Notes under the pieces: model-generated
What the model saw: the letters and a program-made list of their open reading frames with translations, nothing else
The model's database searches: none
What the model was told of the DNA's origin: nothing
Translations under genes and position numbers: made by a program
Shown here: positions 13,910 through 22,796 of the stretch, one piece after another
Layout of the letters: each line of letters starts with the position of its first letter
Position numbering within the stretch: position 1 is the first letter of the stretch
Source: Propionibacterium ruminifibrarum
GTDB lineage: Bacteria; Actinomycetota; Actinomycetes; Propionibacteriales; Propionibacteriaceae
Assembly: GCF_900289195.1 (NCBI RefSeq)
Contig: NZ_OMOH01000002.1
Span: forward strand, 331,206 to 363,205
Direction: 5' to 3'
Length of the DNA: 32,000 nucleotides

Positions 13910-16321
13910 ATGGCTGAACAGACGTCAGCAGCAACACTGCCCACCTACTCCCCGGAGGAAGAAGAGCGCGTCATACGCAACACCCAGGGCGTACCGGTGG
14001 GCGTCAAACCCGATCGCCGGTGGACGCCCAGGCGCATCGCGATCTGGGGCCTCATCACAGTGCTCGGCGTGCTCGGGTGGACCATGCTCGCCATTGTCCG
14101 TGGCGAACGGGTCAACACGATCTGGTTCGTGATCACCGCGGTGTGCACCTACGCGATCGCCTACCGGTTCTACGCACTGTACGCCCAGCGCAAGATCATG
14201 CGCCCGGACGACACCAACGCGACCCCGGCCGAGCGCATCAACAACGGCAAGGACTTCGACCCGACGAACCGGGTCGTGCTCTACGGCCATCACTTCGCGG
14301 CCATCGCCGGCGCCGGCCCGCTGGTGGGCCCCGTCCTCGCGGCCCAGATGGGCTACCTGCCCGGCACCCTGTGGATCGTCATCGGCGTCTGCCTGGCCGG
14401 GGCGATCCAGGACATGCTCGTCCTGTTCTTCTCCATGCGCCGGGGCGGGCGTTCGCTGGGCCAGATGGCCACCGACGAGATCGGTCCGGTCGGCGGCATC
14501 GTCGCCACCATCATCGTCTTCGTCATGCTCATGATCGTCCTGGCCGTGCTCGCCATGATCTGCGTCAACGCCCTGGCGGCCTCCCCGTGGGGCGTCTTCT
14601 CGGTCGGCTGCACCATCCCGATCGCCATCGCCATGGGCCTGTGGCTCCGCTTCGTCCAGCCCGGCAAGATCACCCAGGTCTCGCTCGTCGGCTTCGCGCT
14701 GCTCATCGGGGTCATCATCTCGGGCCGCTGGGTCTCCGAGTCGAGCTTCGGGCAGGCGCACCTGCACCTGTCCCCCACCACCCTGGTGTGGGCGATGATC
14801 ATCTACGGCTTCTTCGCCGCCGTCCTGCCGGTGTGGATGCTGCTCACCCCGCGGGACTACCTTTCCACCTTCATGAAGGTCGGCACGATCGTCGTCCTGG
14901 CGCTAGGCATCATCCTCGTACGTCCCATCGTCGAGATGCCGGCCGTCACCGAGTTCGCCACCAACACCGCCGGTCCGGTCTTCGCCGGCGGCATCTTCCC
15001 GTTCCTGTTCATCACGATCGCCTGCGGCGCCCTGTCCGGCATGCACGCCATGGTCTCCTCGGGCACCAGCCCCAAGATGATCCAGAAGGAGTCCCAGGCC
15101 CGCATGATCGGCTACGGCGGCATGCTCATGGAGTCCTTCGTGGCCGTCATGGCGATGGCCGCCGCCGTCAGCCTGAACCAGGGCATCTACTTCGGCATGA
15201 ACACCTCGACGGCGACGGTCGACAACCTGGCAGGCAGCGCGGTCGTACAGGCGGCCGACAACCGTGAGGACATCACGGCGGAAGCCGTCCAGAATCTCGG
15301 GGTCTCCGACGTGTACGGCGGTCAGATCCGCGCCGCCTGGGACACCTGGGACGAGGACGGCAACACGGTCACCGTCTACGACGGCGACGCCTACCGGGCG
15401 GTCGCCGAGGACGTCGGCGAGACCTCCATCGTCTCGCGCACCGGCGGCGCGCCGACCCTGGCCGTGGGCATGGCGCACATCCTGCACCAGGTCGGCGGGG
15501 GACGCACGATGATGGGCTTCTGGTACCACTTCGCGATCATGTTCGAGGCGCTGTTCATCCTGTCGGCGGTCGACGCCGTCACCCGGGTGGCCCGCTTCCA
15601 GCTGTCGGACGCACTGGGCAATGTGATACCACGGTTCGCGGACCCGTCCTGGCGCATCGGCGCATGGATCTCCACCGCTGTCGTGGTGGCCGCCTGGGGC
15701 TCGCTGCTCCTCATGGGCGTCACCGACCCACGCGGCGGCATCCAGACGCTCTACCCGCTGTTCGGCATCGCCAACCAGCTCATCGCCGCGGTCGCCCTGC
15801 TCGTGGTCACCGTCATGGTGGTGCGCAAGGGCTATGCCCGCTGGGCGTGGATACCGATCATCCCGCTGGTATTCGACACGGTGGTGACCTTCACCGCCTC
15901 GTGGCAGAAGATCTTCTCCCACGATCCGGCCCTCGGCTACTGGCAGCAGTGGCGGGACGCGAGGAGCCTGCTCACCACGCTCACCGATCCGGAGGAGATC
16001 GCCGTCGAACGGGCCATCGTGCGCAACACCTTCATCCAGGGGACGCTGTCGATCGTCTTCCTGGTGACGGTGGCCTTCGTCATGGTCTGCGGCATCATCC
16101 GCATCGTCCGGACGCTGCGCACCGGTGACACGACGACCTCGGAGGACCCGCGTCAGGAGTCGAACTTCTTCGCGCCCACCACGATGATCAGCACCGCGCT
16201 CGACAAGAAGTGCGTGGCCGAGTACGAGGTCGTCGGCGACCCGGCACTCATCCCCGGGTTGAAGCAGGCCGACCGCGCATCCCGGCAGACGGCCGGGACC
16301 GCGACGGAGACGGGCTCATGA
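13910..16321 (+). CDS. cstA: Carbon starvation protein A family transporter (pyruvate/peptide transporter family)
   Basis: Track ORF 13847..16321. A polytopic membrane protein with CstA signatures (NGKDFDPTNRVVLYGHHFAAIAGAGPLVGPVLAAQMGYLPG; SGMHAMVSSGTSPKM). The start is uncertain; I chose ATG 13910 (MAEQTSAA...). Confidence 0.9.
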   Translation: MAEQTSAATLPTYSPEEEERVIRNTQGVPVGVKPDRRWTPRRIAIWGLITVLGVLGWTMLAIVRGERVNTIWFVITAVCTYAIAYRFYALYAQRKIMRPDDTNATPAERINNGKDFDPTNRVVLYGHHFAAIAGAGPLVGPVLAAQMGYLPGTLWIVIGVCLAGAIQDMLVLFFSMRRGGRSLGQMATDEIGPVGGIVATIIVFVMLMIVLAVLAMICVNALAASPWGVFSVGCTIPIAIAMGLWLRFVQPGKITQVSLVGFALLIGVIISGRWVSESSFGQAHLHLSPTTLVWAMIIYGFFAAVLPVWMLLTPRDYLSTFMKVGTIVVLALGIILVRPIVEMPAVTEFATNTAGPVFAGGIFPFLFITIACGALSGMHAMVSSGTSPKMIQKESQARMIGYGGMLMESFVAVMAMAAAVSLNQGIYFGMNTSTATVDNLAGSAVVQAADNREDITAEAVQNLGVSDVYGGQIRAAWDTWDEDGNTVTVYDGDAYRAVAEDVGETSIVSRTGGAPTLAVGMAHILHQVGGGRTMMGFWYHFAIMFEALFILSAVDAVTRVARFQLSDALGNVIPRFADPSWRIGAWISTAVVVAAWGSLLLMGVTDPRGGIQTLYPLFGIANQLIAAVALLVVTVMVVRKGYARWAWIPIIPLVFDTVVTFTASWQKIFSHDPALGYWQQWRDARSLLTTLTDPEEIAVERAIVRNTFIQGTLSIVFLVTVAFVMVCGIIRIVRTLRTGDTTTSEDPRQESNFFAPTTMISTALDKKCVAEYEVVGDPALIPGLKQADRASRQTAGTATETGS

Positions 16322-16536
16322 GCCCCGGCCGTTCCGACCGACCGCTCGGCCGGGTCCATGCTGCCCTGCTCTCGGCGCGGACCCTGTGGCGCGACTTCAC
16401 CGGGGAGTCCGCGTACGACCGGTACCTGCTGCGGCACAGTCTGGAGCATCCCGGTCATGAGCCGATGAGCGAACGCCAGTTCTGGCGGGCGCGCGTCGAC
16501 TTCGACGAGGAGAACGTGTCCTCAGGCTGTTGCTGA
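16318..16536 (+). CDS. YbdD/YjiX-family small protein (CstA-associated, DUF466-like)
   Basis: C-terminal 72 aa of track ORF 16210..16536. ATG 16318 overlaps the cstA stop (ATGA). The pattern ...GESAYDRYLLRHSLEHPGHEPMSERQFWRARVD...SSGCC resembles, as I recall it, the E. coli YbdD/YjiX architecture including the terminal Cys-Cys. Confidence 0.72.
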   Translation: MSPGRSDRPLGRVHAALLSARTLWRDFTGESAYDRYLLRHSLEHPGHEPMSERQFWRARVDFDEENVSSGCC

Positions 16537-16547
16537 GGGCCCGGCAC

Positions 16548-16586
16548 ACGGGGCGGCCCGAGTTCTGCCTGACCGGGCCGCCCCGT
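16548..16586. terminator. Hairpin between the convergent ybdD-like and membrane-protein genes
   Basis: 13-bp perfect stem ACGGGGCGGCCCG / CGGGCCGCCCCGT with a 13-nt loop, 12 nt after the ybdD-like stop. No clear U-tract on either strand. Confidence 0.45.
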
Positions 16587-16637
16587 TCTGCGTGTGACGG
16601 AGCCCAGGCGTGGCGCATGCGCCCGGCGGCCCGCTGG

Positions 16638-17318
16638 TCAGTGCACGATCGCGAGTAGCACGAAGACGACGCCGATGCCGAGCAGGACGGCGCCGGCGAT
16701 CGGCCGGTGGTCGAGACGGGCGGCACGTTCGAAGAATGTCCTCACGGCATCCGCCACGCGCGGCATGCGCACCCAGGCGAGGACGGCGCCCAGGTAGGGG
16801 CCGACGAGGGCCGCCAGGAAGACGAGGTAGAGCAGGCCGGCGACGACGACGTCATGGGTGACCGAGGCGATGACACGCCCCGTCACGTACATGGTCGCCG
16901 GCTCGCTGAGCCCGATGCCCGCGACCACGCCGAGACCGATCAGGTGCGACGGGGAACCGCCGTGGGAGGCCCTGGGCCGGCGCCTGCGCGGCAGGTTGAC
17001 GCGCCAGTCGACGAGCTGAGCGGCCCCGGCGGCCAGGGCGAGCACTCCTGCGACCAGATCTACGCCACGGCGGATGAGCAGGGCCGAAGCCCTGGCCCTG
17101 AACAGGTCGGTGAGGCGGTCCGGGTCGACGAAGTGGAAGAGCACGAGCATGACGGTGGCGATCGCGGCGAGCCCCACGCAGATCCAGGCGACGGACCGTC
17201 CCGGTCGCCTGGCCACGGTGAGCAGGTGCACGACGAGGGCATAGGTGGTCGGACTGAACCCCATGAGCAGCCCGAGGCCGATCATGGAGCCGGCGGCGGC
17301 CCACACGGCCCCCATCAC
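16638..17318 (-). CDS. Uncharacterised integral membrane protein (about 6 predicted TM segments; possibly GAP/Sap-like family)
   Basis: 226 aa with hydrophobic segments separated by Arg-rich loops (RRPGRS, LPRRRRPRASHGG). The start ATG at 17318 overlaps the truB stop (ATGA). The family assignment is from memory of general architecture only. Confidence 0.6.
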   Translation of the reverse strand: MMGAVWAAAGSMIGLGLLMGFSPTTYALVVHLLTVARRPGRSVAWICVGLAAIATVMLVLFHFVDPDRLTDLFRARASALLIRRGVDLVAGVLALAAGAAQLVDWRVNLPRRRRPRASHGGSPSHLIGLGVVAGIGLSEPATMYVTGRVIASVTHDVVVAGLLYLVFLAALVGPYLGAVLAWVRMPRVADAVRTFFERAARLDHRPIAGAVLLGIGVVFVLLAIVH

Positions 17319-18223
17319 TGCCCCTCCCCGCCGACCAGCACGGCCACGGCCCGTGACCGGCCCCGGCCGTCCGGGCGGTACAGGGCGACGAGTTCACCGG
17401 CCGGATCGACCAGGCCGGTCGGGTCGGCGGGTACCTCGACGGGGAGGAGGCCGCCGTGGACGACGATGGCGCGCTGCTCCTGGTCGATGTCGAGCACCGC
17501 GAGACTGCGGCGAGCGGCCTCGGCCATGGTCATCATCGGCGGAGCCGGTTCACCGGGGGCGGGCAGGTCGTGGGCGTCCTCGACGCGGTAGCCGTCGACC
17601 CGGGTGCGGCGCAGGGCGGTGAGATGGCCCCCGACGCCCAGTGCGGCACCGAGGTCGCGCGCGAGGGCCCTGACGTAGGTTCCCGATGAGCAGGTGACGA
17701 CGACGTCGAGGTCGACCAGGCCATCCAGGTCATGCCTGCCGAGCACCGCGAACTCGCTGACGGTGACCGGGCGGGCGGCCAGTTCAACCCGTTCACCGGC
17801 ACGCACCCGGGCGTAGGAGCGCCGCCCGTCGACCTTGATGGCCGAGACCGCGCTGGGCACCTGCATGATCGGGCCGCGCAGCGCGGCGACGGCCCCCTCG
17901 ATCGCCGCGTCACTCAGCCGGGAGGCATCGGTCGTCTCGGTGACCTCGCCCTCGGCGTCATCGGTGACGGTCGTCTGCCCGAGCCGGATGGTGGCCGTGT
18001 AGGTCTTGTCCTTCAACGCCAGGTGACCGAGCAGGCGGGTGGCCCGGTTGACGCCGATGAGGAGCACACCGGTGGCCATCGGATCGAGGGTCCCGGCGTG
18101 ACCGACGCGCCGCGTCGCGAACAGACGCCGGCAGCGCCCCACCACCTGGTGAGAGGTGAGGCCTGCCGGTTTGTCGATGACGACCAGGCCGCTGGGCCCG
18201 GCCGGGGCGGTGCGTCTGCTCAC
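17315..18223 (-). CDS. truB: tRNA pseudouridine(55) synthase
   Basis: 302 aa. [17 protein letters not shown]...[28 protein letters not shown] contains the catalytic Asp motif GTLDP. The GTG start overlaps the rbfA stop (GTGA). Confidence 0.93.
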   Translation of the reverse strand: MSRRTAPAGPSGLVVIDKPAGLTSHQVVGRCRRLFATRRVGHAGTLDPMATGVLLIGVNRATRLLGHLALKDKTYTATIRLGQTTVTDDAEGEVTETTDASRLSDAAIEGAVAALRGPIMQVPSAVSAIKVDGRRSYARVRAGERVELAARPVTVSEFAVLGRHDLDGLVDLDVVVTCSSGTYVRALARDLGAALGVGGHLTALRRTRVDGYRVEDAHDLPAPGEPAPPMMTMAEAARRSLAVLDIDQEQRAIVVHGGLLPVEVPADPTGLVDPAGELVALYRPDGRGRSRAVAVLVGGEGQ

Positions 18224-18642
18224 TCGGTCTCGTCGTCGGCCCGGTAGGGGTCGGCCGATCCGGCGAACTCGGTGCCCTTGCGGGACTCCAGTTCCTCGTC
18301 GGCCTGCCGAACCCTGGCGAGCAGGTCCTCCATGTCCGCCGCGGCCTCGGTGGTCGCGTCGGGCACGAAGGTCAGCGTCGGGGCGAACCGCAGGCCCAGT
18401 CTCTTGCCGACGGTGGACCGCATCAGGCCCTTCGCCGATTCGAGCGCCGCGGCGGTGGCGGCCAGGTCGGACTGGTCCCCCATCACGGTGTAGAAGACGG
18501 TGGCCTCGCGGGCGTCACCGGTGAGACGCACGTCCGTGACGGTGACGAAACCCAGCCGCGGGTCCTTGACGCGCCTCTGCAGCATCTGGGCGACGACGAC
18601 CTGGATCTGGTCCTCGAGTTTGGCGATCCGGGGGCTGGGCAT
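18220..18642 (-). CDS. rbfA: Ribosome-binding factor A
   Basis: C-terminal 140 aa of track ORF 18220..18729. [51 protein letters not shown] is RbfA-like. The ATG at 18642 shares one nucleotide with the infB stop (TGATG). Confidence 0.9.
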   Translation of the reverse strand: MPSPRIAKLEDQIQVVVAQMLQRRVKDPRLGFVTVTDVRLTGDAREATVFYTVMGDQSDLAATAAALESAKGLMRSTVGKRLGLRFAPTLTFVPDATTEAAADMEDLLARVRQADEELESRKGTEFAGSADPYRADDETE

Positions 18643-21506
18643 CACGCGTCCCTTTCCTTCTCGACCATCTCGTAGGTCTCGACCTGGTCCCCGATCTGGA
18701 TGTCGGAGTAGCCAAGCGTGAGACCGCACTCGAAGCCCTCACGGACCTCTGTGACGTCGTCCTTCTCACGGCGCAGCGAGTTGATCGAGGTCTCGGCGAG
18801 GACGACGCCGTCGCGCACCAGGCGCGCCTTGGCGTTGCGCCTGATGAGACCGTCGAGCACCATGCACCCGGCGATGTTGCCGACCTTGGACGAGCGGAAG
18901 ATCTCGCGGATCTCGGCGGTGCCGAGCGTCTTCTCCTCGTAGACGGGCTTGAGCATGCCCTTGAGGGCGGACTCGATCTCGTCGATGGCGTCGTAGATGA
19001 CCGTGTAGTAACGGACGTCGACGTTGTTCTGGTCGGCCATGCGCGCGGCCTGGACGGTCGGGCGCACGTTGAAGCCGATGATGACGGCGTGCGGCTCGGA
19101 TGCGGCGGCCAGCGTGACATTCGTCTCGGTGATGGCGCCGACACCACGATCGATGACGCGCAGGTCGACCTCGTCGCCCACGTCGATCTGGCTGAGCGAG
19201 TCCTCCAGCGCCTCGACCGAGCCGGCCGAGTCGCCCTTGAGGATGAGCAGCAGCTCGTTGGTCTCGCCCTTCTCCATCTGCTCGAACAGTTCGTCGAGCG
19301 TCCGGCGGCGGCTCGACGCCGCCTGCTGGGCCGCACGGATGCGGGCCTCGCGCTTCTCGGCGATCTGGCGGGCCATCCGGTCGTCCTCGACGACCAGGAA
19401 GTTGTCGCCGGCTCCCGGAATGTTGGTCAGGCCCAGCACCTGGACGGGCGTCGAGGGGGACGCCTCGTCGACCTGTTCGCCATGGTCGTTGACCAGGGCC
19501 CGCACCCGGCCGTACGCGGACCCGGCGACGATCGAGTCGCCCTTGCGCAGGGTGCCGCGCTGGACGAGGGCGGTGGCGACGGGGCCACGGCCCTTGTCGA
19601 GGTGGGCCTCGATGGCGACGCCCTGAGCGGCCATGTCGGGATTCGCCCGCAGGTCCAGGGCCGCGTCGGCGGTCAGGATGATGGCCTGCAGCAGGTCGTC
19701 GAGCCCCTGGCCGGTGACGGCGGAGACGTCGACGAACATGGTGTCGCCGCCGTACTCCTCGGGCACCAGGTCGAACTCGGTCAGCTGGCCACGCACCTTG
19801 GTGGGGTCGGCGCCGGGCTTGTCGATCTTGTTCACCGCGACGACGATCGGCACGTCGGCGGCCTTCGCGTGGTTGAGGGCCTCGATGGTCTGCGGCATGA
19901 CACCGTCATCGGCCGCGACGACGAGCACCGCGATGTCGGTGGACTTCGCGCCGCGGGCACGCATGGCGGTGAAGGCCTCGTGACCCGGGGTGTCGATGAA
20001 GGTGATGCGGCGATCCTCGTCGTCGACCTCGGCCTGCACCTGGTAGGCGCCGATCGACTGGGTGATGCCGCCGGCCTCGCCCTCGACCACGTGGGTGTGA
20101 CGCAGCGCGTCGAGCAGCTTGGTCTTGCCGTGGTCGACGTGACCCATGACGGTGACGACCGGGGGGCGCGGGGCGAGATCGGACTCGTCACCGGCGTCCT
20201 CACCGAACTCCAAGTCGAAGCTCTCGAGGAGCTCCCGGTCCTCGTCCTCGGGGGAGACCACGTCGATGGTGTAGTTCAGTTCGGCGCCGAGGACCTCGAG
20301 GGTCTCGTCCGGCACGGACTGGGTGGCGGTGATCATCTCGCCCAGGTTGAACAGGACCTGCACCAGGGCGGCCGGGTCCGCGCCGATCTTCTCGGCGAGA
20401 TCGGTCAGCGAGGAGCCGCGGCGCAGCCGAATGGTTTCGCCGTTGCCCTGCCTGATGCGCACGCCGCCGATCGTCGGCGCCTGCATCTCGTCGAACTCTT
20501 GCCTGCGCTGCTTGCGGCTCTTGCGGCCACGACGGCTACCGCCGCCCCGTCCGAAGGCACCCTGGGTGCCCGAACCGCCACGGCCGCCGCGTCCACCGCG
20601 GCCGCCGCCGAGAGGCGCACCCATGCCGGGCCCGCCGCGGAAACCACCGCCGCGGCCGGGACCACTGCTGCCACGCCCGCGGCCGCCGCCACGGGCCGGG
20701 CGACTGCCGGCGGGAGCTAGCTGGGAGTTGTGTCGCTTGGGCATCATCGCCGGGTTGGGGCGAGGCATGCCGGAGGTGCCGCCGGGACGGGGCAGACCCC
20801 CCGTGGGCCCCGGGCGAGGTGCACGCGACCTGGCCCCCTCGGCGGGCCGGCCCTGCTGCCCCTGCCCCCGGCGCTGCTGCCCCATGCCCTGGGAGGAGCT
20901 GTACGGGTTGTTGCCGGGGCGCGGGGCACCGGTACGGCGGCCACGGCTGGTGGGCAGGCCGCCGGTGGCGCCCGGCCGGGAACCCGACGGACGGGGACCG
21001 GGGCGTGGCCCCGGACGTGCGGACGGTGCGCCGCCGGAACGCTGCTGGCTCGGCGCCGAGGGCCGCGGGCCCGGAGTGGGACGGCCGCCGGGTCGGGCCG
21101 GGGCGCCCGGACGCGGGGTCGGCGAGGAGACCGGGGCCGACTCGGCGGCCGGTGCCGGTGCCTTCGGGATCGGTGTCTGGCCGGGCTTGGGGGCGGCACC
21201 GGGCTTGGGCGCCCCCGGGGTCGCCGCGGGCTTCGCCGGACCGGGGCGCGCCGCAGGGGCGGACGAGCCAACCGTCGGCGCGGACGAACGCGAGGCCTTC
21301 GATGCCGGCGCGGGCTTGGCTGCGGGCGATGAATCGCCCCCGGCGCTCTCGGACTTGACCTTCTCGGTCACCCTGCGCACCACGGGGGCTTCAATGGTTG
21401 ACGAAGCGGAACGAACGAACTCGCCCATGTCCTTCAGCTTCGCCAGAAGTTCTTTGCTTTCGAGTCCGAGCTCCTTGGCGAGCTCGTAGACGCGGACCTT
21501 GGCCAC
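18642..21506 (-). CDS. infB: Translation initiation factor IF-2
   Basis: 954 aa. N-terminal [14 protein letters not shown] domain, a long P/G/A/R-rich linker, GTPase motifs [15 protein letters not shown] and NKID, and the C-terminal IF2 domains. GTG start at 21506 with GAAGGAG upstream. Confidence 0.96.
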   Translation of the reverse strand: MAKVRVYELAKELGLESKELLAKLKDMGEFVRSASSTIEAPVVRRVTEKVKSESAGGDSSPAAKPAPASKASRSSAPTVGSSAPAARPGPAKPAATPGAPKPGAAPKPGQTPIPKAPAPAAESAPVSSPTPRPGAPARPGGRPTPGPRPSAPSQQRSGGAPSARPGPRPGPRPSGSRPGATGGLPTSRGRRTGAPRPGNNPYSSSQGMGQQRRGQGQQGRPAEGARSRAPRPGPTGGLPRPGGTSGMPRPNPAMMPKRHNSQLAPAGSRPARGGGRGRGSSGPGRGGGFRGGPGMGAPLGGGRGGRGGRGGSGTQGAFGRGGGSRRGRKSRKQRRQEFDEMQAPTIGGVRIRQGNGETIRLRRGSSLTDLAEKIGADPAALVQVLFNLGEMITATQSVPDETLEVLGAELNYTIDVVSPEDEDRELLESFDLEFGEDAGDESDLAPRPPVVTVMGHVDHGKTKLLDALRHTHVVEGEAGGITQSIGAYQVQAEVDDEDRRITFIDTPGHEAFTAMRARGAKSTDIAVLVVAADDGVMPQTIEALNHAKAADVPIVVAVNKIDKPGADPTKVRGQLTEFDLVPEEYGGDTMFVDVSAVTGQGLDDLLQAIILTADAALDLRANPDMAAQGVAIEAHLDKGRGPVATALVQRGTLRKGDSIVAGSAYGRVRALVNDHGEQVDEASPSTPVQVLGLTNIPGAGDNFLVVEDDRMARQIAEKREARIRAAQQAASSRRRTLDELFEQMEKGETNELLLILKGDSAGSVEALEDSLSQIDVGDEVDLRVIDRGVGAITETNVTLAAASEPHAVIIGFNVRPTVQAARMADQNNVDVRYYTVIYDAIDEIESALKGMLKPVYEEKTLGTAEIREIFRSSKVGNIAGCMVLDGLIRRNAKARLVRDGVVLAETSINSLRREKDDVTEVREGFECGLTLGYSDIQIGDQVETYEMVEKERDA

Positions 21507-21746
21507 TACTCTCCTTCAGGTCCAGGCGTCTGCCGGGACCGGTTAGTTGTCGGTTGTGCTCATTGCTGCGTACTCATCGAGTGGTCATGAGCGTTAGCCC
21601 ACTTTCAGAAATCACCGGGACCACACCGCACCTCGCGGCACGACTGACCGCACGCCGGAATGACGCGCAAGGATCAGTTTACCCCGCAGCACCCCTCGGA
21701 GGCCAAACGGGGACGGGGTGGGTCGGCAGCCGGTTGCGCGGTCCGA

Positions 21747-21992
21747 CTACCCGAAGGGCGGTCGGTCTATCTGGTCGGGGCGGATCGGGGTTCGGAAGCT
21801 GCGGGCGAATCCCCCGCGCAGCGCACCGTCCCAGCAGCGTGGATCCGGATGCACCCAGGCCCCCCGCCCCGGGACACGACGATCCTCGTCGAGCACCAGT
21901 CCGTGCCCGGTGCGCACATAGCGGCGCAGCGCACCCGGGTCATCGACGCGTCGGCAGCCGACACAGGTCCGCAGCGGACGTGATCTGCTCAC
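21747..21992 (-). CDS. ylxR: YlxR/DUF448-family RNA-binding protein
   Basis: C-terminal 81 aa of track ORF 21747..22232, from GTG 21992. RTCVGCRRVDDPGALRRYV...GRGAWVHPDPRCWDGALRGGFARSFR matches the RTC-x-GCR ... GRGAY-x-C pattern of YlxR proteins found between nusA and infB. Confidence 0.72.
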   Translation of the reverse strand: MSRSRPLRTCVGCRRVDDPGALRRYVRTGHGLVLDEDRRVPGRGAWVHPDPRCWDGALRGGFARSFRTPIRPDQIDRPPFG

Positions 21993-22088
21993 GTGACCAG
22001 GGTACCGATCCCCGGTTCCGGCTCTGGCCGTCGGCCGCTGCGCGTGGCGACACCGAGGCCCTGCCGGGTGCCGCCCGGAGAAGTTGTC

Positions 22089-22144
22089 CAACAACCGTTG
22101 AACTACGCGGCGTCTTTCGTCCATACTGTTTTCAACAGTTGTTG
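22089..22144. promoter_or_regulatory. Operator-like inverted repeat overlapping the putative tetR promoter
   Basis: CAACAACCGTTGAA (22089-22102) and TTCAACAGTTGTTG (22131-22144) are a 14-bp inverted repeat with one mismatch. Each half contains its own CAAC-n-GTTG mini-palindrome. The candidate promoter is TTGAAC (22098-22103)-N18-CATACT (22122-27). The AAGGAG RBS is at 22145-22150. Confidence 0.45.
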
Positions 22145-22155
22145 AAGGAGCTGTC

Positions 22156-22794
22156 ATGGCCGGCCCTACCGGCGACCTCGCCGGCGCCCCTCGGCGCAGA
22201 GCAAAGTCCGAGGCGACCCGTGATGCGCTCATCGCCTCGGCCCGTGAGTTGTTCGCGGCCAGGGGCTACGCGGGCGCCTCGGTACGCGCCATCGCGCGCG
22301 GCGCCGGGGTCGACCCGTCCCTCATCAATCACTACTTCGGCGGCAAGGAGGGACTGTTCGGGCAGGCGATGCAGATCCCGCTCGATCTGCAGGAGGTGCT
22401 GGCACGCTTCGACCGGGTCTGCTCGGCGGACGAGTTGCCCGAGCTCATCGCCAGGACCTACCTCGAGATCTGGGAGAGTCCCGAGACGGGGCCGCAGATG
22501 ACGGCTCTCCTGCGACGCGCGCTCGACGACCCGGACCAGTTCAGCGCCCTGGTCGGTTTCCTCTTCTCGGCACTGGTCGAACCCGTCTCGGCCAGGCTGG
22601 GAGATCTCAGCGCCGAGCAGGCACGGCTGCGCCTCACCTTGGTGGCCAGTCACCTCATGGGCACGCTCATCGCACGGAAGATCCTGCACCTCGAACCGCT
22701 GGCGAGTCTGTCAGGTGACGCGCTCCTCGAGCTGATCGGCCCGACGATCCGGGCCGACCTGACGGCCCCCGAGAACACCCCCGAGGAGGACTGA
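22156..22794 (+). CDS. TetR/AcrR-family transcriptional regulator
   Basis: 212 aa. The N-terminal HTH region TRDALIASARELFAARGYAGASVRAIARGAGVDPSLINHYFGGKEGLF is typical of TetR_N. Confidence 0.92.
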   Translation: MAGPTGDLAGAPRRRAKSEATRDALIASARELFAARGYAGASVRAIARGAGVDPSLINHYFGGKEGLFGQAMQIPLDLQEVLARFDRVCSADELPELIARTYLEIWESPETGPQMTALLRRALDDPDQFSALVGFLFSALVEPVSARLGDLSAEQARLRLTLVASHLMGTLIARKILHLEPLASLSGDALLELIGPTIRADLTAPENTPEED

Positions 22795-22796
22795 TC

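Noticed and set aside
20400-21400. Repetitive GC-rich DNA that might be read as a tandem-repeat or CRISPR-like array
   Set aside because: There are no regularly spaced identical repeats with unique spacers. The repetitiveness reflects the P/G/R-rich coding linker of IF2, in frame with the conserved N- and C-terminal IF2 domains.
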